DNA from: Callorhinchus milii
Taxonomy: Eukaryota
DNA: 64,000 nt
Direction: 5' to 3'
Assembly: GCF_018977255.1 (NCBI RefSeq)
Contig: NW_024704742.1
Span: forward strand, 39,806,001-39,870,000
Shown: positions 1 to 12,129 of the stretch, in pieces
Numbering within the stretch: position 1 is the stretch's first letter
Layout: the number at the start of each line of letters is the position of its first letter
Notes under the pieces: model-generated
Databases searched by the model: none
The model's input: the letters and a program-made list of their open reading frames with translations, nothing else
What the model was told of the DNA's origin: nothing
Made by a program: the position numbers and the translations under genes

Positions 1-670
1 ATCAGTTATGTTGCTCACAGCTCAGACATTTTTTTTTGTTAGTTCAGTCTGTTTCAACGTCTGACAGTATTTAAGGTTGCCTTATTGAACATCATAAGTC
101 ATGTGGCACATTTATGATGTAATTTAAACTGCTCCTGAACTACATATGTCAAAGTGGACCTAACCTTGGGGAATTACTATGTGATCTTAGGCTTCACCAA
201 GAAAGTGATTAATTTCACACAATAATGAGAACAATAACAGTTTGGAACTTAACTCTCATTATCACTGTGGTGTGGTATTCGTATTTCTGATTACTTTCAT
301 CAGAAAAAATGTTACTTGTATTCCTGTATGTTTATTTGCACCAACATCTTAAAATTTAATACAACTTCATGAATCTTCAATAATATGCCTCGTAATTATG
401 AATTGAAAATTGCTCTTCACTAGAACATCAATCAATAGTGGCAATCCATTTGGCATCTGCCATTATAATTGCTCCCAGCACTATAAAGCATTAGATGCCA
501 TAGTTTAGATTCCATACAGTGAGGAACAACATAATCCCTGAGGGAACTGAGGTGTGTGACATCCCAGTGTAGGAACCTCTCCAGTACAACATGACCAATG
601 GCAGAAAATGCAATACAATAGAATACAAGTTACATTTACAAATGCCTTTCAGGATAGGAACAATGTACAG

Positions 671-1043
671 TGGAGTTGTGTAGCTCAGTAGTTAGAGCAC
701 TCGCCTCGCAAATGAGAAACCTGGGTTCGATTCCCGACAGGGCGAAACATTAGGCAAGTTTCCTTACTCCACAATGTTTACCTATCAGTAAGTGGGAACC
801 CTGTCGTTAGTTGATTGGTGTATCGCTTTTCCGTGGGTAATAAATTCCTTAAAATAAATAATAATAAAAAATTGGTCACTCAATCCACGACTGTTTGTGG
901 AACACTGCTGTGTGCAATTGGCTGCCGCGTTTCATCCACAAAATATACAGTCAATTCACTTTACAATATATTCTGTGAAGCGCTTTTAGACGTCTTGAAG
1001 ACGTGATAAGGGCTATATCAAATGCAATGATTATTATTATTAT
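671..1043 (+). mobile_element. Full-length tRNA-derived SINE (tRNA-Ala-like head, Deu-SINE-like 3' part, L2-type tail, (ATT)n end)
   Basis: Pol III A-box-like TAGCTCAGTAG and B-box GGTTCGATTCC; body TGTTTGTGG..CTGTGTGCAATTGGCTGCCGCG recurs many times in the window; ends in ATTATTATT. Confidence 0.9.
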
Positions 1044-1502
1044 GATGATGTCTCAAATGGTTAATACCTCAAAGCACCTACAAAGTAAGAAGCCTATTAG
1101 CTTTGGTAATCAGGACTGCAATGACAGCCACACAACAAAGTGGTAGTCCAGCAAGGAACACAATTGAGAAAATATTTACATCATAATGTATCATCAGTGA
1201 GTCAAATGGGCTGGACAATCGTCAATTATACCTTCACTAGCACACCTTCTTGGAATCAGTTTAGCGATCCCACTCACCTTTCCCATTTTGTTTTCCCTCT
1301 GTTTTATTTTTAATCCATCTTGTCCACACTCAGCTGGAATAATGGGTCTAAAATGTATTGATCTGAAACAAGTGTTTTACCTTAGGAGTAGTATAATACA
1401 ATACAATAATAATCATAATTGCATTTGAATTTTTACCTCGTCTTGAAAGGTTCCACAAAGAGCCAAAGAGTGAATAATCATTTTTCTTAATCAGGAGTAC
1501 AG

Positions 1503-1655
1503 TCGGCCAGGACAATGAGAGAAACTCCTTTATCTGTTCGAAAATCCTCTTAAATTCCATCTGAACAAGCAGCCAGGACCTTGGTTTAATGTTTCATTAG
1601 AAGGATAGCACTTCCGATATTGCAACCCTCTCGCAGCCCTGTATTAGAGTATTAG
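1503..1655 (-). mobile_element. Old Deu-SINE-like fragment
   Basis: Reverse complement aligns by eye to the 3195-3575 copy (GGCCAGGAC..GAGAAACTCC, CTTGGTTTAATGTTTCAT). Confidence 0.6.
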
Positions 1656-2594
1656 ATGCTAGGAATATGAGTGAGGACTTTCAGTAACCAAAAGAATGTC
1701 ATGTAAGTTTTGCTAACGCACAGGAACTTTGCATGGAATTTTGTATTGTAGTGAAGGAGAGTTGGCATTTCATACTTCTGGATTCTTTAAGAAAATTCCA
1801 TTTGAAATTTTTTTGTGCACAAATCTATTTTTACTGTGTTCTGATGTAATCTTTCTCACACTTTCTATGATACAATCTATGTAATATATCCAGAGTTCAG
1901 TCAAACTGAATCAAATTGGAATCTTGCTGCCCAAGTAATGTTGAGGAAGCAGTTTCAGAAGCAATGTGATCTGCAACATTGCAGGGAAAAAATAAAATGG
2001 GAATGATTAGAATTAGGTTCTTGAAAGTTTCCAGATAATTTAAGGAATTGTAATGTTTTTTATGCAATGAGAAGCGGGCAGTATAAATTAGGCCCAAGAT
2101 TGCAAATAGCAATGTCAGTTCACTTCCAGCAATATAAATGCAACATAAAACTATCCAACACACTGTGAACTTTGGTATAACATACATTATTTATAGCTCC
2201 TCTTTGAAGAATAAATCATGTAAAACACGTTGGATAACATAACTTTTGACCTTGCCATAATATATTTTTTGACTTCCAAATGCCTTGGAGAGTCAGTGTT
2301 TACTGAAATAATTCAGATTTTTATTATTCAAACACTTTATGTACAGAAAGCAACAGTAAAATCAAGAAGCATTGCTGCTAATGTGTAACGACTGGCAAAG
2401 AGGGTATCATTAAAAGTTCCTTTCATCAGGGAATGTGCTTCAATGAGTATAATGCTTTTCTCTCTGTATAGGAAATTTGTTGCAATAAGACTACAGCAAT
2501 GAGAATTTTCTGAAACCAGTAAAATTCTTGTAATAAGAGTCAACTATATATTTATCTCTAAACTATTCAAACAGCAATACTTACATATCAAGTC

Positions 2595-2800
2595 CTAGCC
2601 AACAATCCCCCATATAAAATTGGTCATTCGCTTCATGCCTGTTTGTGGGACATTGTTGTGCTCATCGCTGCTGCTTTTATCTTTAAAACAGTCAATACAC
2701 TTTACAATAAAATCCTATGAAACATTTTGAGAAGCGCTCCAGGGTGCTACCTTGCATGAAGGGCACTATATAAATGCAAGTTATTGTTGCTGCTGTTGCC
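2595..2800 (+). mobile_element. Old SINE 3' half with L2-type tail
   Basis: AAATTGGTCATT..TGTTTGTGGGACATTG, then GGCACTATATAAATGCAAG and (GTT)n. Confidence 0.65.
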
Positions 2801-3194
2801 ATTGTTGTTGTTGAGATTTTCTTTCTATTCCCCTCACCCCCAGAGTCAAATGTAAGTATTATTATTACAGATTAGTATTACGTTTCTCTGCTGAGACAAT
2901 GGAAAGGGAGATAGAAATATGAGTTTAGGGTAAAGTGGTAGAAAAAGTATGGTAAATTATACGGTCCTTTTCTTAAGCGTTTAACAAATAACCAACCTTG
3001 GTGATGTGAGCTTCTAATAGGATTTTTTTCAGTCTAGCCACTCATTGCCATTGTCAATAAATTTACTGAGAAGCAAAGATTAAAACACAGTTATTATAAG
3101 GTTGGGAAATTTGCCAACAGACAGAGATTAACCATTCTTTCCAATGTTGGTAAGAAATATGAATAATCCAGATTGGGGAAAAGAAAAAATAATA

Positions 3195-3575
3195 GGGTTT
3201 TCTCTTCTGGCATTCAGAAGATTGTGTGTTCAAGCCCCACATTGGGACTTGGAACTCATATAGCCTAAGCTGACACTCCAAAGCAGTGATGTGGATGTGC
3301 TGCATTGTTGGAGGTGTCATCCTGCAGATGAAATGTTAAACCAAGGTCTCGTCTATCTGTTCAGATGAACGTTAAAAATCCCATAGTACTATTCGAAAAG
3401 AGAAAGGAGTTTCTCCCCAGGTCCTGGCCAATAATCCTCCAAATAAAATTGGTCAGTCACTCCGTTGAGTTTGCCCACAAAACACTCAATCACTCCACTT
3501 TACAATATATCCTGCAAAGCGCTATGGGACATGGTCCTGATCTGAAGGGCACTATACCGAATCCAAAGATTATTT
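3195..3575 (+). mobile_element. Old Deu-domain SINE (SacSINE1/AmnSINE1-like)
   Basis: GCTGACACTCC..GTGCTGCATTGTTGGAGGTG..GATGAAATGTTAAACCAAGG..AATCCCAT..TCCTGGCCAA matches my recollection of the Deu domain; several similar copies in the window. Confidence 0.7.
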
Positions 3576-4204
3576 TATTGTTTACCAATGACCAGTTGGT
3601 TAAGGCATATCCTGTTTCAGTAATGTAGAGAAACATTTACTGTTGGACTTGGCTATGCACACCCCACCCTGGGAGTATTTAGTGCTGACATTAACTAATA
3701 AAGAGCCCCCTCTGCCAGTAGTGACATCTGTTGTCTTGATGAGTATAACAATTTTCCACAAAAAACAAGTTAAACAAGAGCTCTGCTGCTTTCGCATCCA
3801 TATGGCCCAACTTTGAAACTTAACCTAACTTTAAAATTGATATTTTTTACATTTTTACAATATCTTATTTTACTGTAACTGTGCTCAGTAATTGATTCTC
3901 AATATTAACATGCATTTTTCTCTTCAACTTATTTTTTCAGCTAAATTCTATTAACTTTAAACAAAACATCAGAGTCAGCCCAAAATAAAATATCTTCTGA
4001 CTCACTGCTGAAGCCTGCCCTACATTCTGATACTAAATATTATTATCACCTTCCCATAATGCTGCTTTCATATCTAATAACCCCATAACTTAGTTTCATA
4101 TCTTAAATCAAAATAATTGACATAAATTGTATCACTAGACAAAAAAAAGCATGTTAATTCAAATCAAAATCTTCCAGCTCCATACTAAACATCCTTCCAA
4201 CTCT

Positions 4205-4555
4205 ATGCTGACACTCCAAAACAGTGCTGGAGATATTCTGCATTGTTGGAGATACCATTGTTCGGATGAAGTGGAAAACTCAGGTCCTGTCTGTCTGTTC
4301 AAGTGGATGCTAAAGATCCCGTGGTATTATTCAATACAAGAGCAGAATTTCTCCTGGTGTCCTGGCCAACAATACCACCGATATAAAATGATCATACACT
4401 TCATAACTATTTGTATATGACATCGCCGTGTGCAAATTTGTTGCCACGTTCACCTACAAAATACAGTCACTACATTTTAAAGTAAATCCTGCGAAACACT
4501 TTGAGACATCTTCCCAATGCAATTACATTACATAAAATGCAATAATTCTTCTTTA
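4205..4555 (+). mobile_element. Old Deu-domain SINE
   Basis: Same ordered motifs as 3195-3575. Confidence 0.7.
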
Positions 4556-5267
4556 TTTAAAATTATTTCTGAATGAGTATATATTGAACAAAGAAGTAAC
4601 TTGCAACTGGAATAAGCATTTGCTGGTCAGGTACTTTTTGCAGAGAAAGATCAAGAATGTGCTCATGCTTCCTGAAATAATTTCTCTGTCATATTAAACT
4701 CTTTAGAAACAGCAATGACATCTGCTAAACTGAACAGATTTTACAAGTCACGCAATGCAGTGTAGTTGAACAGTCCAGTTTGGGGAAGCTTGGAAAAACA
4801 AATGTCCTGTAATAATAAAGATGATCTTATTTGTGTTACTGCAGAGTTCAAATCTTCATCATACAGCAACAACAACTTGCATTTATATAGGGCTCTCCAC
4901 ACTGGACGGCGTCTCGGAGTGCTTAAAATGGAAGGCAACTGGTAAAGAATCCATTTCAAAAGGAAATTTAGATTAAAATTGAAGACTCGATCCTCTTTTC
5001 TTACTGATTTCAACTCAACAGCAAGATCTAAAAAGAAACAATTTTCAACACGAGTTTAAAAATAATAAAAATAATGATCCTTACCATTTGGTATAGTGCC
5101 TCTCAGTCTGGAGGATGTCCTAAAATGCTTCACATGATATATTGTAAAATGGACTGTGTGCTTTATAGCAAGAGTGAAATATTCTGGACTGTGAGAGAAG
5201 AATAGAAACTGTCACAATGATGATGTTGCAAAATTGGAAAATATGGAACTATTTACTTAGTGATCTA

Positions 5268-5410
5268 TTTGTGCTGTGCACAATTGGCTGCCGCCTTTCG
5301 CCCACAAAAATGCAGTCAATTCACTTTATAGTATATTCTGTGAAGCGCTTTGAGACGTCTAGAAAACGTGAAAAGCGCTATATCAAATTCAAGGATTATT
5401 ATTATTATTA
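5268..5410 (+). mobile_element. tRNA-SINE 3' fragment
   Basis: CAATTGGCTGCCGC..GTGAAGCGCTTTGAGACG..GGATTATTATT. Confidence 0.85.
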
Positions 5411-6031
5411 CGCCAGTAGTGTTTCTCTCTCATTGTGTAAAGTCACAGTTTCCTGGACTAGCCACTTGGTTATGTGTAATTGTAGAATATTAAACTCTGA
5501 TTTCCAAGATTTCTTTTGGCCGGTTGTATCTGTGCCTACATTTTGGCCACAGCCCAAAGAAATTTGTTATCAATCATTCACTTCTGCTCCCATTTGGAAT
5601 AAAACTCAACTGCTCCTTTGCGATTAGGCAAAATTTAATCTGATCACAAGTCGCGCAAGGAGAAGTGAATCCTACATATAAGGAAATCTGTGCTCTCAGC
5701 AATCTATTACAGAGTGAACTGTTATTAGTCATTCAATTGAGTTGCTGGCACTGAACACACAACCATTCTCAGTCTTTTTTGTGCTCCTAATATCATAGCT
5801 GTGTTCCCAACTGAACACTTTTATACACATCGTGCAGATGGTCCTGCTATTCCAAAACAATTGAATGAAAGGAAGATAAAGTCTCTTATGTGTAATGTTT
5901 TCTATGACCATTGCAGATGTTCAATCCCTAGCCTAGACCAAGGGCGGCCAGCTTTTACGCCAATAAAATAAATGTTCTTGATTGAATATTTCTTGAGTTA
6001 TAAGAATAAATCACGTGACTGATCAAACAAG

Positions 6032-6192
6032 GACTCTGTTTGTAGGACATTGCTGTGCGCAATTGGCTGCCGCGTTCGCCCACAAATATACAGTCAATTC
6101 ACTTTACAGTGTGTTCTGTGAAGCGCTTTGGGACGTCCTCCCGACGTGAAAAGCGCTATATCAAATGCAAGGATTAGTATTATTATTATTAT
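6032..6192 (+). mobile_element. tRNA-SINE 3' half, young CpG-rich variant
   Basis: Nearly identical to the reverse complement of 38161-38310. Confidence 0.9.
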
Positions 6193-6236
6193 GTAAATGT
6201 TTTGGGGGATGCTTCTTGACTGCCCCGCAGGCCACT

Positions 6237-6650
6237 TAAGAATATAAGAACATAAATGCTAGATGAAAAAGACCGAGGTCCATCTAGTTTGCCTTCCACA
6301 TTACCAGCGGTTGCATGCTCATATCTCCCAAACTACCTATGTACTATATCCCATGATGTTATTTCCTAAAAGAAAACTATCTAACCTGTGTTTGAAAGAA
6401 TCAATACTTCCTGCTAAAATCATCTCCCTAGGGAGCCTGTTCCACAGGTTCACTATTCGCTCACTGAAATAGTGTTTGCGTAAATTCGATCTGAATTTAC
6501 CCCCCATCGCAGATTGTGTTCTCTGGTTTTACTAATCTGGACAAGATGAAACAGCCTGTCATGATTTATATTGTCTCGCCCATTTAGAATCTTAAAGACA
6601 GCAATCATGAAACCTCTCAATCTTTTCTTTTGCAGCGTGAAGGTGCCCAC
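6237..6650 (-). mobile_element. CR1 LINE 3' end fragment
   Basis: Minus-strand translation FTLQKKRLRGFMIAVFKIL..LF..KTREH is the typical CR1 ORF2 C-terminus; short TAAGAA repeat tail. Confidence 0.8.
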
Positions 6651-7127
6651 TCTTCCGGCCCACAGGTTGGCCACCGCTGGTGTAGACCCAATCTGGAATA
6701 ATCAATGGCTGGCTTTTTGAACATCCTTCATTCTCTTTTCAGATATTGCTTTAAGCACCAGTTTCAACTGAGAAGGTGTCAGGTGGTAGGTTACCTCCTC
6801 TCAAGTCACTGCATTCCAAGCAACAAGCTAAGATTCAGAGCTGCTGATGCCTCCCAATTACAGTCCAAGGCCAGAAATCTTGTGCTGCTGCTGTGAAACA
6901 CCCGATAATGGACCATCAGACTACAGCTGACAGGTTCCGTGCCAAACATATCTGACATTTCTATGACATGTTGTGTTTCCAGGAGGCTCCAGGCAAGGAT
7001 ACTATAACTCAAATTTCTTCCAACCTGCACAAGACATCTTGAATGTCTTTCCAATAGATGAAATGGAAAATCAAGTGAAAGAGTCAGAAATGAGCCAGTT
7101 AAAAATAAATACTTTTAAACAGCTGAG

Positions 7128-7495
7128 ATAATAATAATAATAATCCTTGTATTTGACATACTGTCTAATCACATCTTTGAGATATCTGACAGCGCTTCAC
7201 AGGATATATTGTAAAGTGAATTGACTGTATATTTTGTGGATGAAACGCAGCAGCCAATTGCGCACAGCAGTATTCCACAAACAGTCGTGGCTTGAGTGAC
7301 CAAATTACCAGTATATATTTTTTTGAAGGGATTATTACCCCCGGAAAGGGATCCGTCAATCGACTAACAATCAGGTTCCTACTTACTAGGTAAACAGAGG
7401 CATGCGGAGTAAGGAAACTTGCCAAACGTTTCGCCCTGCCCAGGAATCAAATCCAGGTCTCTCGCTTGCAAGATCACTGAGCTACATGACTCCAC
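7128..7495 (-). mobile_element. Full-length tRNA-derived SINE
   Basis: Reverse complement of the 671-1043 family, from (AAT)n to GAGCTACATGACTCCAC. Confidence 0.9.
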
Positions 7496-8079
7496 TATAA
7501 CAGGAGATACTATAACAGGTGAGATTAAAAAAAATCCAAATTGTGTAAAATAACCTGAAAGGCAGAAGACAGAAAACAAAAAACTACAAGATACTGTCCC
7601 TGCAGTGAAAGCTACTACAGTGAGTCACATAAAGAGAAGAGGCCTGAAATTTCAACTTGTCTTAATTTTAATTATCTTAAAATTTAGAATTACCAATGAC
7701 TGGGTGAAAATTCTTAAAGATAATCTCACTTATGAATTTTTTTTAAAGAAATACAGAAAACTGAATTTTCCGCAATTCTACCGCATCTTAAATTTTGAAT
7801 GAAATTGGTCACATTGGCTAAGACTGATGACATTTTGAGCCTAATGTCTTTTGTGATGGTTTATTTATGGAATCATTGGGCAATAATCCCAGAAATCTAC
7901 AACTGGACTTTTAAAGATCACAAAGACAGACTTTGAACAATGGTTTGGATTATTTTGAATGTTCTACAAAATAAATTTTAATATTGTAATCCTACATGGG
8001 ACAAAGGTAGAGGAGAAAAAGTAGGTTTAACAATACGACAATATGTCATTTTTTTTTCTGTTTTGCCTCTATCAAGACC

Positions 8080-8230
8080 CCTTCTCAAGACCCTCCTCTT
8101 AGATTGTGCTTTCGATCACCCTACCTGATCCCAACCTCTAGCTCAGGTCCGAAACTGACTGTCCAGCGCCTTGGGACGTTCTCTCGATGTGAAAGGCACT
8201 ATGCAAATGTAATTTTGTTGTTGTTGTTGT
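8080..8230 (+). mobile_element. L2 LINE 3' tail
   Basis: Matches the L2 end at 38900-39048; (GTT)n terminus. Confidence 0.7.
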
Positions 8231-9444
8231 TTAATAGTCACCCTGATGTGGTGACAGGGGCTTGAGGTCATTGCACAAAGTATAAAGTAGAATAATAAGA
8301 GTGAGTAATGTGTCCTGACTTCTTTTTTAAATAGACTCACCAAAATATTTCTTTCTGCTGCATCATTTACACTGAGGCTAGACTGAGCTGTATTTTACAT
8401 GTCAGGAGGTGTTAACGTTTGGGTCATATGGATAGAATTAAGTCTATTTAAATTGAATTTTCATCAACATTATCCAACCAATTCAAGCATCTGATATGTA
8501 ACCTGGTAACAAGGAAAAACATTTCAAATGCTACACTTAACATGTTAGTACTAATCATAACATGGTTATTTGTTTGTATTGTACTGGGTAACGAAAGTGC
8601 AATGCTTGCTGATTTTGATGGATCCTGAAGGAATACCTCAGGGTGAGAGTATGTGACAATAATATTGCAACAAAGATTTATTATTAGCAGAGAAACAATA
8701 TAAATTCCAATAAATAATATAAATAAATTAAATGAGACTACTAGTTTACCCTCCACAATGTCTCCACTACTATAGGTCCTACCCCTTCTACCACTCATTA
8801 ACGCCTGTTTCTGTCCATCATTTTTTTCTGTGTGGTCCAAGCCCAGACTTGATTTACCTTGTGTTTCCTTAGTGCTTCAGCAAGAATTTTTGCAACTTTA
8901 CGATGTCTCATTTTATAAACTTGTATCCAGAAGACTCAGAAATGTGTTGTTCAGAATCTGGGACCAATGTCAGAACCTCCAATTTCCTGAAATACTTTTC
9001 TGTAACTTCAGCTGAATGACACCAAATTTCACCTTGCAAAAAGAATGGAAGAATCTCGGAATCTGACAGCATTAAATACCAAAGACCATCAGATGTCACA
9101 GATTGCACAACATCATGTTACAACTGGGGTTTATATCCTAGAGGTTACATTTTTTATCAGTGCCTGGCCTCCTACAACAGACAGTGGTGTCAGAAGTCTA
9201 TAATGCAAACACAATTGCTGTAAAGTGGTCAGGACGATGGTGTTCGAAATATTTTAGCACCAAAACGTTAGCACTGGGAAATTGCATTTTAGGAATGTTA
9301 GTGTCTGGGAGGTTTCAAAACAAATGGCAGCGCTGAAGCTAATCAGAATCCTGATTAATAATAATTATAATCTTTAACAGAAATTAATGTTATGACTTTA
9401 TTTTGTAGGCGAAATGTGACAGCTAATTCACATAAGGCAAATAT

Positions 9445-9650
9445 CCCACAAATAGCCATTAAGTGAATAACCAAGTTTATCTGGGGGATTGTTGGTCAGA
9501 ACACCAGGAGAAACTTCATTCTCTTTTCAAATAGAACCAATGGATCTTTAAGATGTACCTGAATAGTCAGATAGGATCTCGGTTTAATACTTCATCCAAA
9601 GGTTGGCATCTCCGACAATGCAGGACACTACAACAGAGTATCAGATAAAG
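9445..9650 (-). mobile_element. Old Deu-domain SINE
   Basis: Reverse complement of the 3195-3575 motifs. Confidence 0.65.
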
Positions 9651-9689
9651 CACAATATATGAGGTGAGAATCAGTCTTTAGACAGTTCA

Positions 9690-9746
9690 GACATATATAT
9701 ATTTGATATATATACACACACATATATATGTATAGATATATATATC
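9690..9746. repeat. (TA)n/(CA)n compound microsatellite
   Basis: ATATATAT..ACACACACATATATATG seen directly. Confidence 0.85.
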
Positions 9747-10175
9747 GATTGAAACAGAAAATGACTAGTAGTATGTAACGAGAGAGGAGGCTAAGGTCGT
9801 CCATCAGTATTGTGACCCAATGGGGGCATCACAACACTGGAATATGTGAATGCAAATGTCTGTTTGCACACAGAATTCCGGAGAACATGTGGAGAAGGCT
9901 ACTTCAATCTTTATTGACCTTACCAGAGGCAATCCTGGTGCCAATTTCGCACAACAATCTCCACAAACAGCAATGAAGTGAATGATCTATTATCTCTGGA
10001 GAACTGTTGATCAGGACACCAGATAAAACTTTAACATCCATTTGAACATGAAGATAAGATCTTGGATTAATTTCTCATCTGCAGAACATCACCTCCAACA
10101 ACGCAGTGCTCCCCGAATGCCAGTCTCGTCTTGATGTGGGCTTCAAACCTCTGCCTCAGATGTCAGAGTGCTAGA

Positions 10176-10920
10176 TGTTAGAAAATAAAATCAGCCAAAT
10201 CTGTAAGGAAATAACGCTAATTCCTCTAACCAGATATCAGACTGTTTTATTATTATTCGTTCGTTATTCCCCAATATCCCGATGGGTCAGACCAAAGGCC
10301 GGTACAATCAACAGATCTTATAACAGAATAACACCACTATAGATATCTCGAGTTCAAGAGTTCAACACTGTGTCTTTACAGCACACGAGCTTGATTCTTC
10401 ATGCTTTCAGTCTTCTTGCTTACAGCTTTCAATCTTCCATCTGATATCCTCAGTCTTAGTGTTTCTAGCTCTCAGTCTTCCATCTCCGTACCCTTGTTTC
10501 CGCAGCCCGGGATGGCCCTACCTCCCGTATCCTTGTCTCCGCAACCCGGGATGGCCCCATCTCCCGTATCCTTGTCTCCGTGACCCGGGACGGCCCCGTA
10601 CACAAAGTTATCGGAACTCTTATACCAATGTTCATCCAATCATGGTGCGGACATTAGATCACCCGGCCGAAATCATGCTGGGTTCACGTGAACATCTCAT
10701 GGGGTGTACGTGCCTCACACACACAAACACACTGTCCTTGAGACAGTCCGTTATCTTGTGTACTTGCAGGGCAGTAGTACACATCTTATCCTTGAGACAT
10801 TCACGTGATCTTGGGAAACTCATGAGTTTCAGTCCAGCTGCCCACACTTAACTTAAAAGTTAACCCGTTCGCAACATCTATTGTGATTCTAACATTATAC
10901 AAAAAGTGTAAATTCTAACA
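10176..10920 (-). mobile_element. Solo LTR (ERV or Gypsy type), 745 bp
   Basis: TGTTAGAA...TTCTAACA inverted termini; perfect 4-bp TSD TAGA (10172-10175, 10921-10924); on the minus strand, ATTGG boxes then TATAAG near 10620 and AATAAA near 10250; CpG-rich. Confidence 0.9.
10481..10596. repeat. Three ~39-bp tandem units inside the LTR
   Basis: CATCTCCCGTATCCTTGTCTCCGCAACCCGGGATGGCCC-like unit at 10481, 10519 and 10558. Confidence 0.95.
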
Positions 10921-11099
10921 TAGACACTGAGCCAGGCTTGGAGTCAAAACCAACAGTGAAAGGTTGAAGTCAGAAGGACTTTAATTTTCCAAAAGTTTAT
11001 GTGCAACTGCTTGGCAGAAGGGTTTTCAATAGAATGACATAATGCTGACCCTGGAGAAGTAAATATAATGAGGTATTATTGATGCTAGTAAATACTGTA

Positions 11100-11430
11100 T
11101 AACTGAGGTATGTTGTTTTCTAGATTGAGCTCCATAATGATGACATTTTCACAGATATCATCACCCTTACTTTGACTGAAAGGGAGAAATACTAAATTTG
11201 CATGCACCATTGAATGACAAAAGATTTGGGACAAAAGCCCAGTTGTCACTCATCATAGCCCTTATGCAGGTCTTTCCTTTATTCTGAGAATCCATTAAAC
11301 TTGGGAGGTGATGCTAGTGGTTATGAGATTGGTGCAGTATTATTCTCAGTAGACAATGAGAAGGAGAGAGTTACAATTTAATAAGACATAGTTTTCAGAA
11401 AAATAAATTCAGTGTGAAAGGAAATGTCCT
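11100..11430 (+). pseudogene. Highly decayed Gypsy-type pol (RT-RNase H junction) relic
   Basis: 11310-11342 translates DASGYEIGAVL, followed by FSVDNEKER, matching the Ty3/Gypsy DAS-x-x-G-I-G-A-V-L RNase H motif; upstream LKGRNTKF..TIE resembles the LLKK..KF.W..E segment. Confidence 0.6.
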
Positions 11431-11529
11431 CTTAGCACTCTGAGATGCTATCCTGCATGAAGGACGCTATATAAATTCAAGTTGTTATTATTTTACTAGA
11501 ATTTGACATTGGTTATGACATTAGATTTA

Positions 11530-11850
11530 TACAATACAATTTACATTTATACAGCACTTTCCACGTTAAGAGGACGGTTAAAGCACTTCACGCAGCTGAC
11601 AGGGCATCTGAACTATGCGTCGGGTTGGAGGAGAGAGGGGCGGGGTGGGGGGGGAACTGAGCTGGCAGGGGAGGGGGTGAAGATGACCAAAAGAACAATT
11701 GAAGAGGCAAGTCCTAAGGCTGGTTTTAAATTGGGAATGAAGGGGGCAAGGTCGAAGGAATTCTGGAGAATGGGGGCCGAATGGCTGAAAGCTGGCCCAC
11801 CAATCCTTAAATGGGGATCATAAAGCAGGCCAGGTTCATTGAGCACGGAG
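11530..11850 (-). mobile_element. L2 LINE 3' fragment
   Basis: Minus-strand translation IGGPAFSHSAPILQNS; L2-type tail. Confidence 0.75.
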
Positions 11851-12129
11851 AACAATTCAATAGCTCAATAGGGTTGCAGGAGGTTGCAGATATTTCAAAT
11901 ACATTTTTAATAATATTATTATTGTGGCAGGTAATTTTGATATTTAATTGACAATCATCCCTTTTAGTGAATACAGAATGTTTCAAACCTGGCATAAATA
12001 ATCCTTCAGTGGAGAATGATTTTAGTAGTGGGACTATACTAAGTAGCTCGGTGATTGGCCTTATATTCTGTAATTTTTCAATGTCATAAACATTCTATAG
12101 CTTTGATAATAGGTTTACATTTTTTTTAA

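Larger units (their letters stand above)
5939..6679. mobile_element. Non-autonomous hAT (Charlie-like) DNA transposon interrupted by a SINE and a CR1
   Basis: Imperfect terminal inverted repeats CAAGGGCGGCCAGCT / AGGTTGGCCACCGCTG; 8-bp flanks GCCTAGAC (5931-5938) and GTGTAGAC (6680-6687) fit the NTCTAGAN target preference. Confidence 0.7.
9900..10936 (-). mobile_element. Old Deu-domain SINE split by a solo LTR (9900-10175 plus 10921-10936)
   Basis: AGAGTGCTAGA|CACTGAGCCAGG rejoins to match the head AGAGTGCTATCACTAAGCCAGG of the copy at 36960-36981. Confidence 0.75.

Noticed and set aside
671..745. tRNA-Ala gene (also at 7430-7495, 38405-38480, 59240-59310, 59690-59765)
   Set aside because: Each is the head of a SINE and continues into the SINE body and tail with no Pol III terminator after the tRNA-like part
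8860..9200. Possible plus-strand exons or coding relic
   Set aside because: Short open frames, no recognisable motif, no convincing donor
10459..10851. 130-aa Pro-rich repeat protein
   Set aside because: Translation of the 39-bp repeats inside the solo LTR
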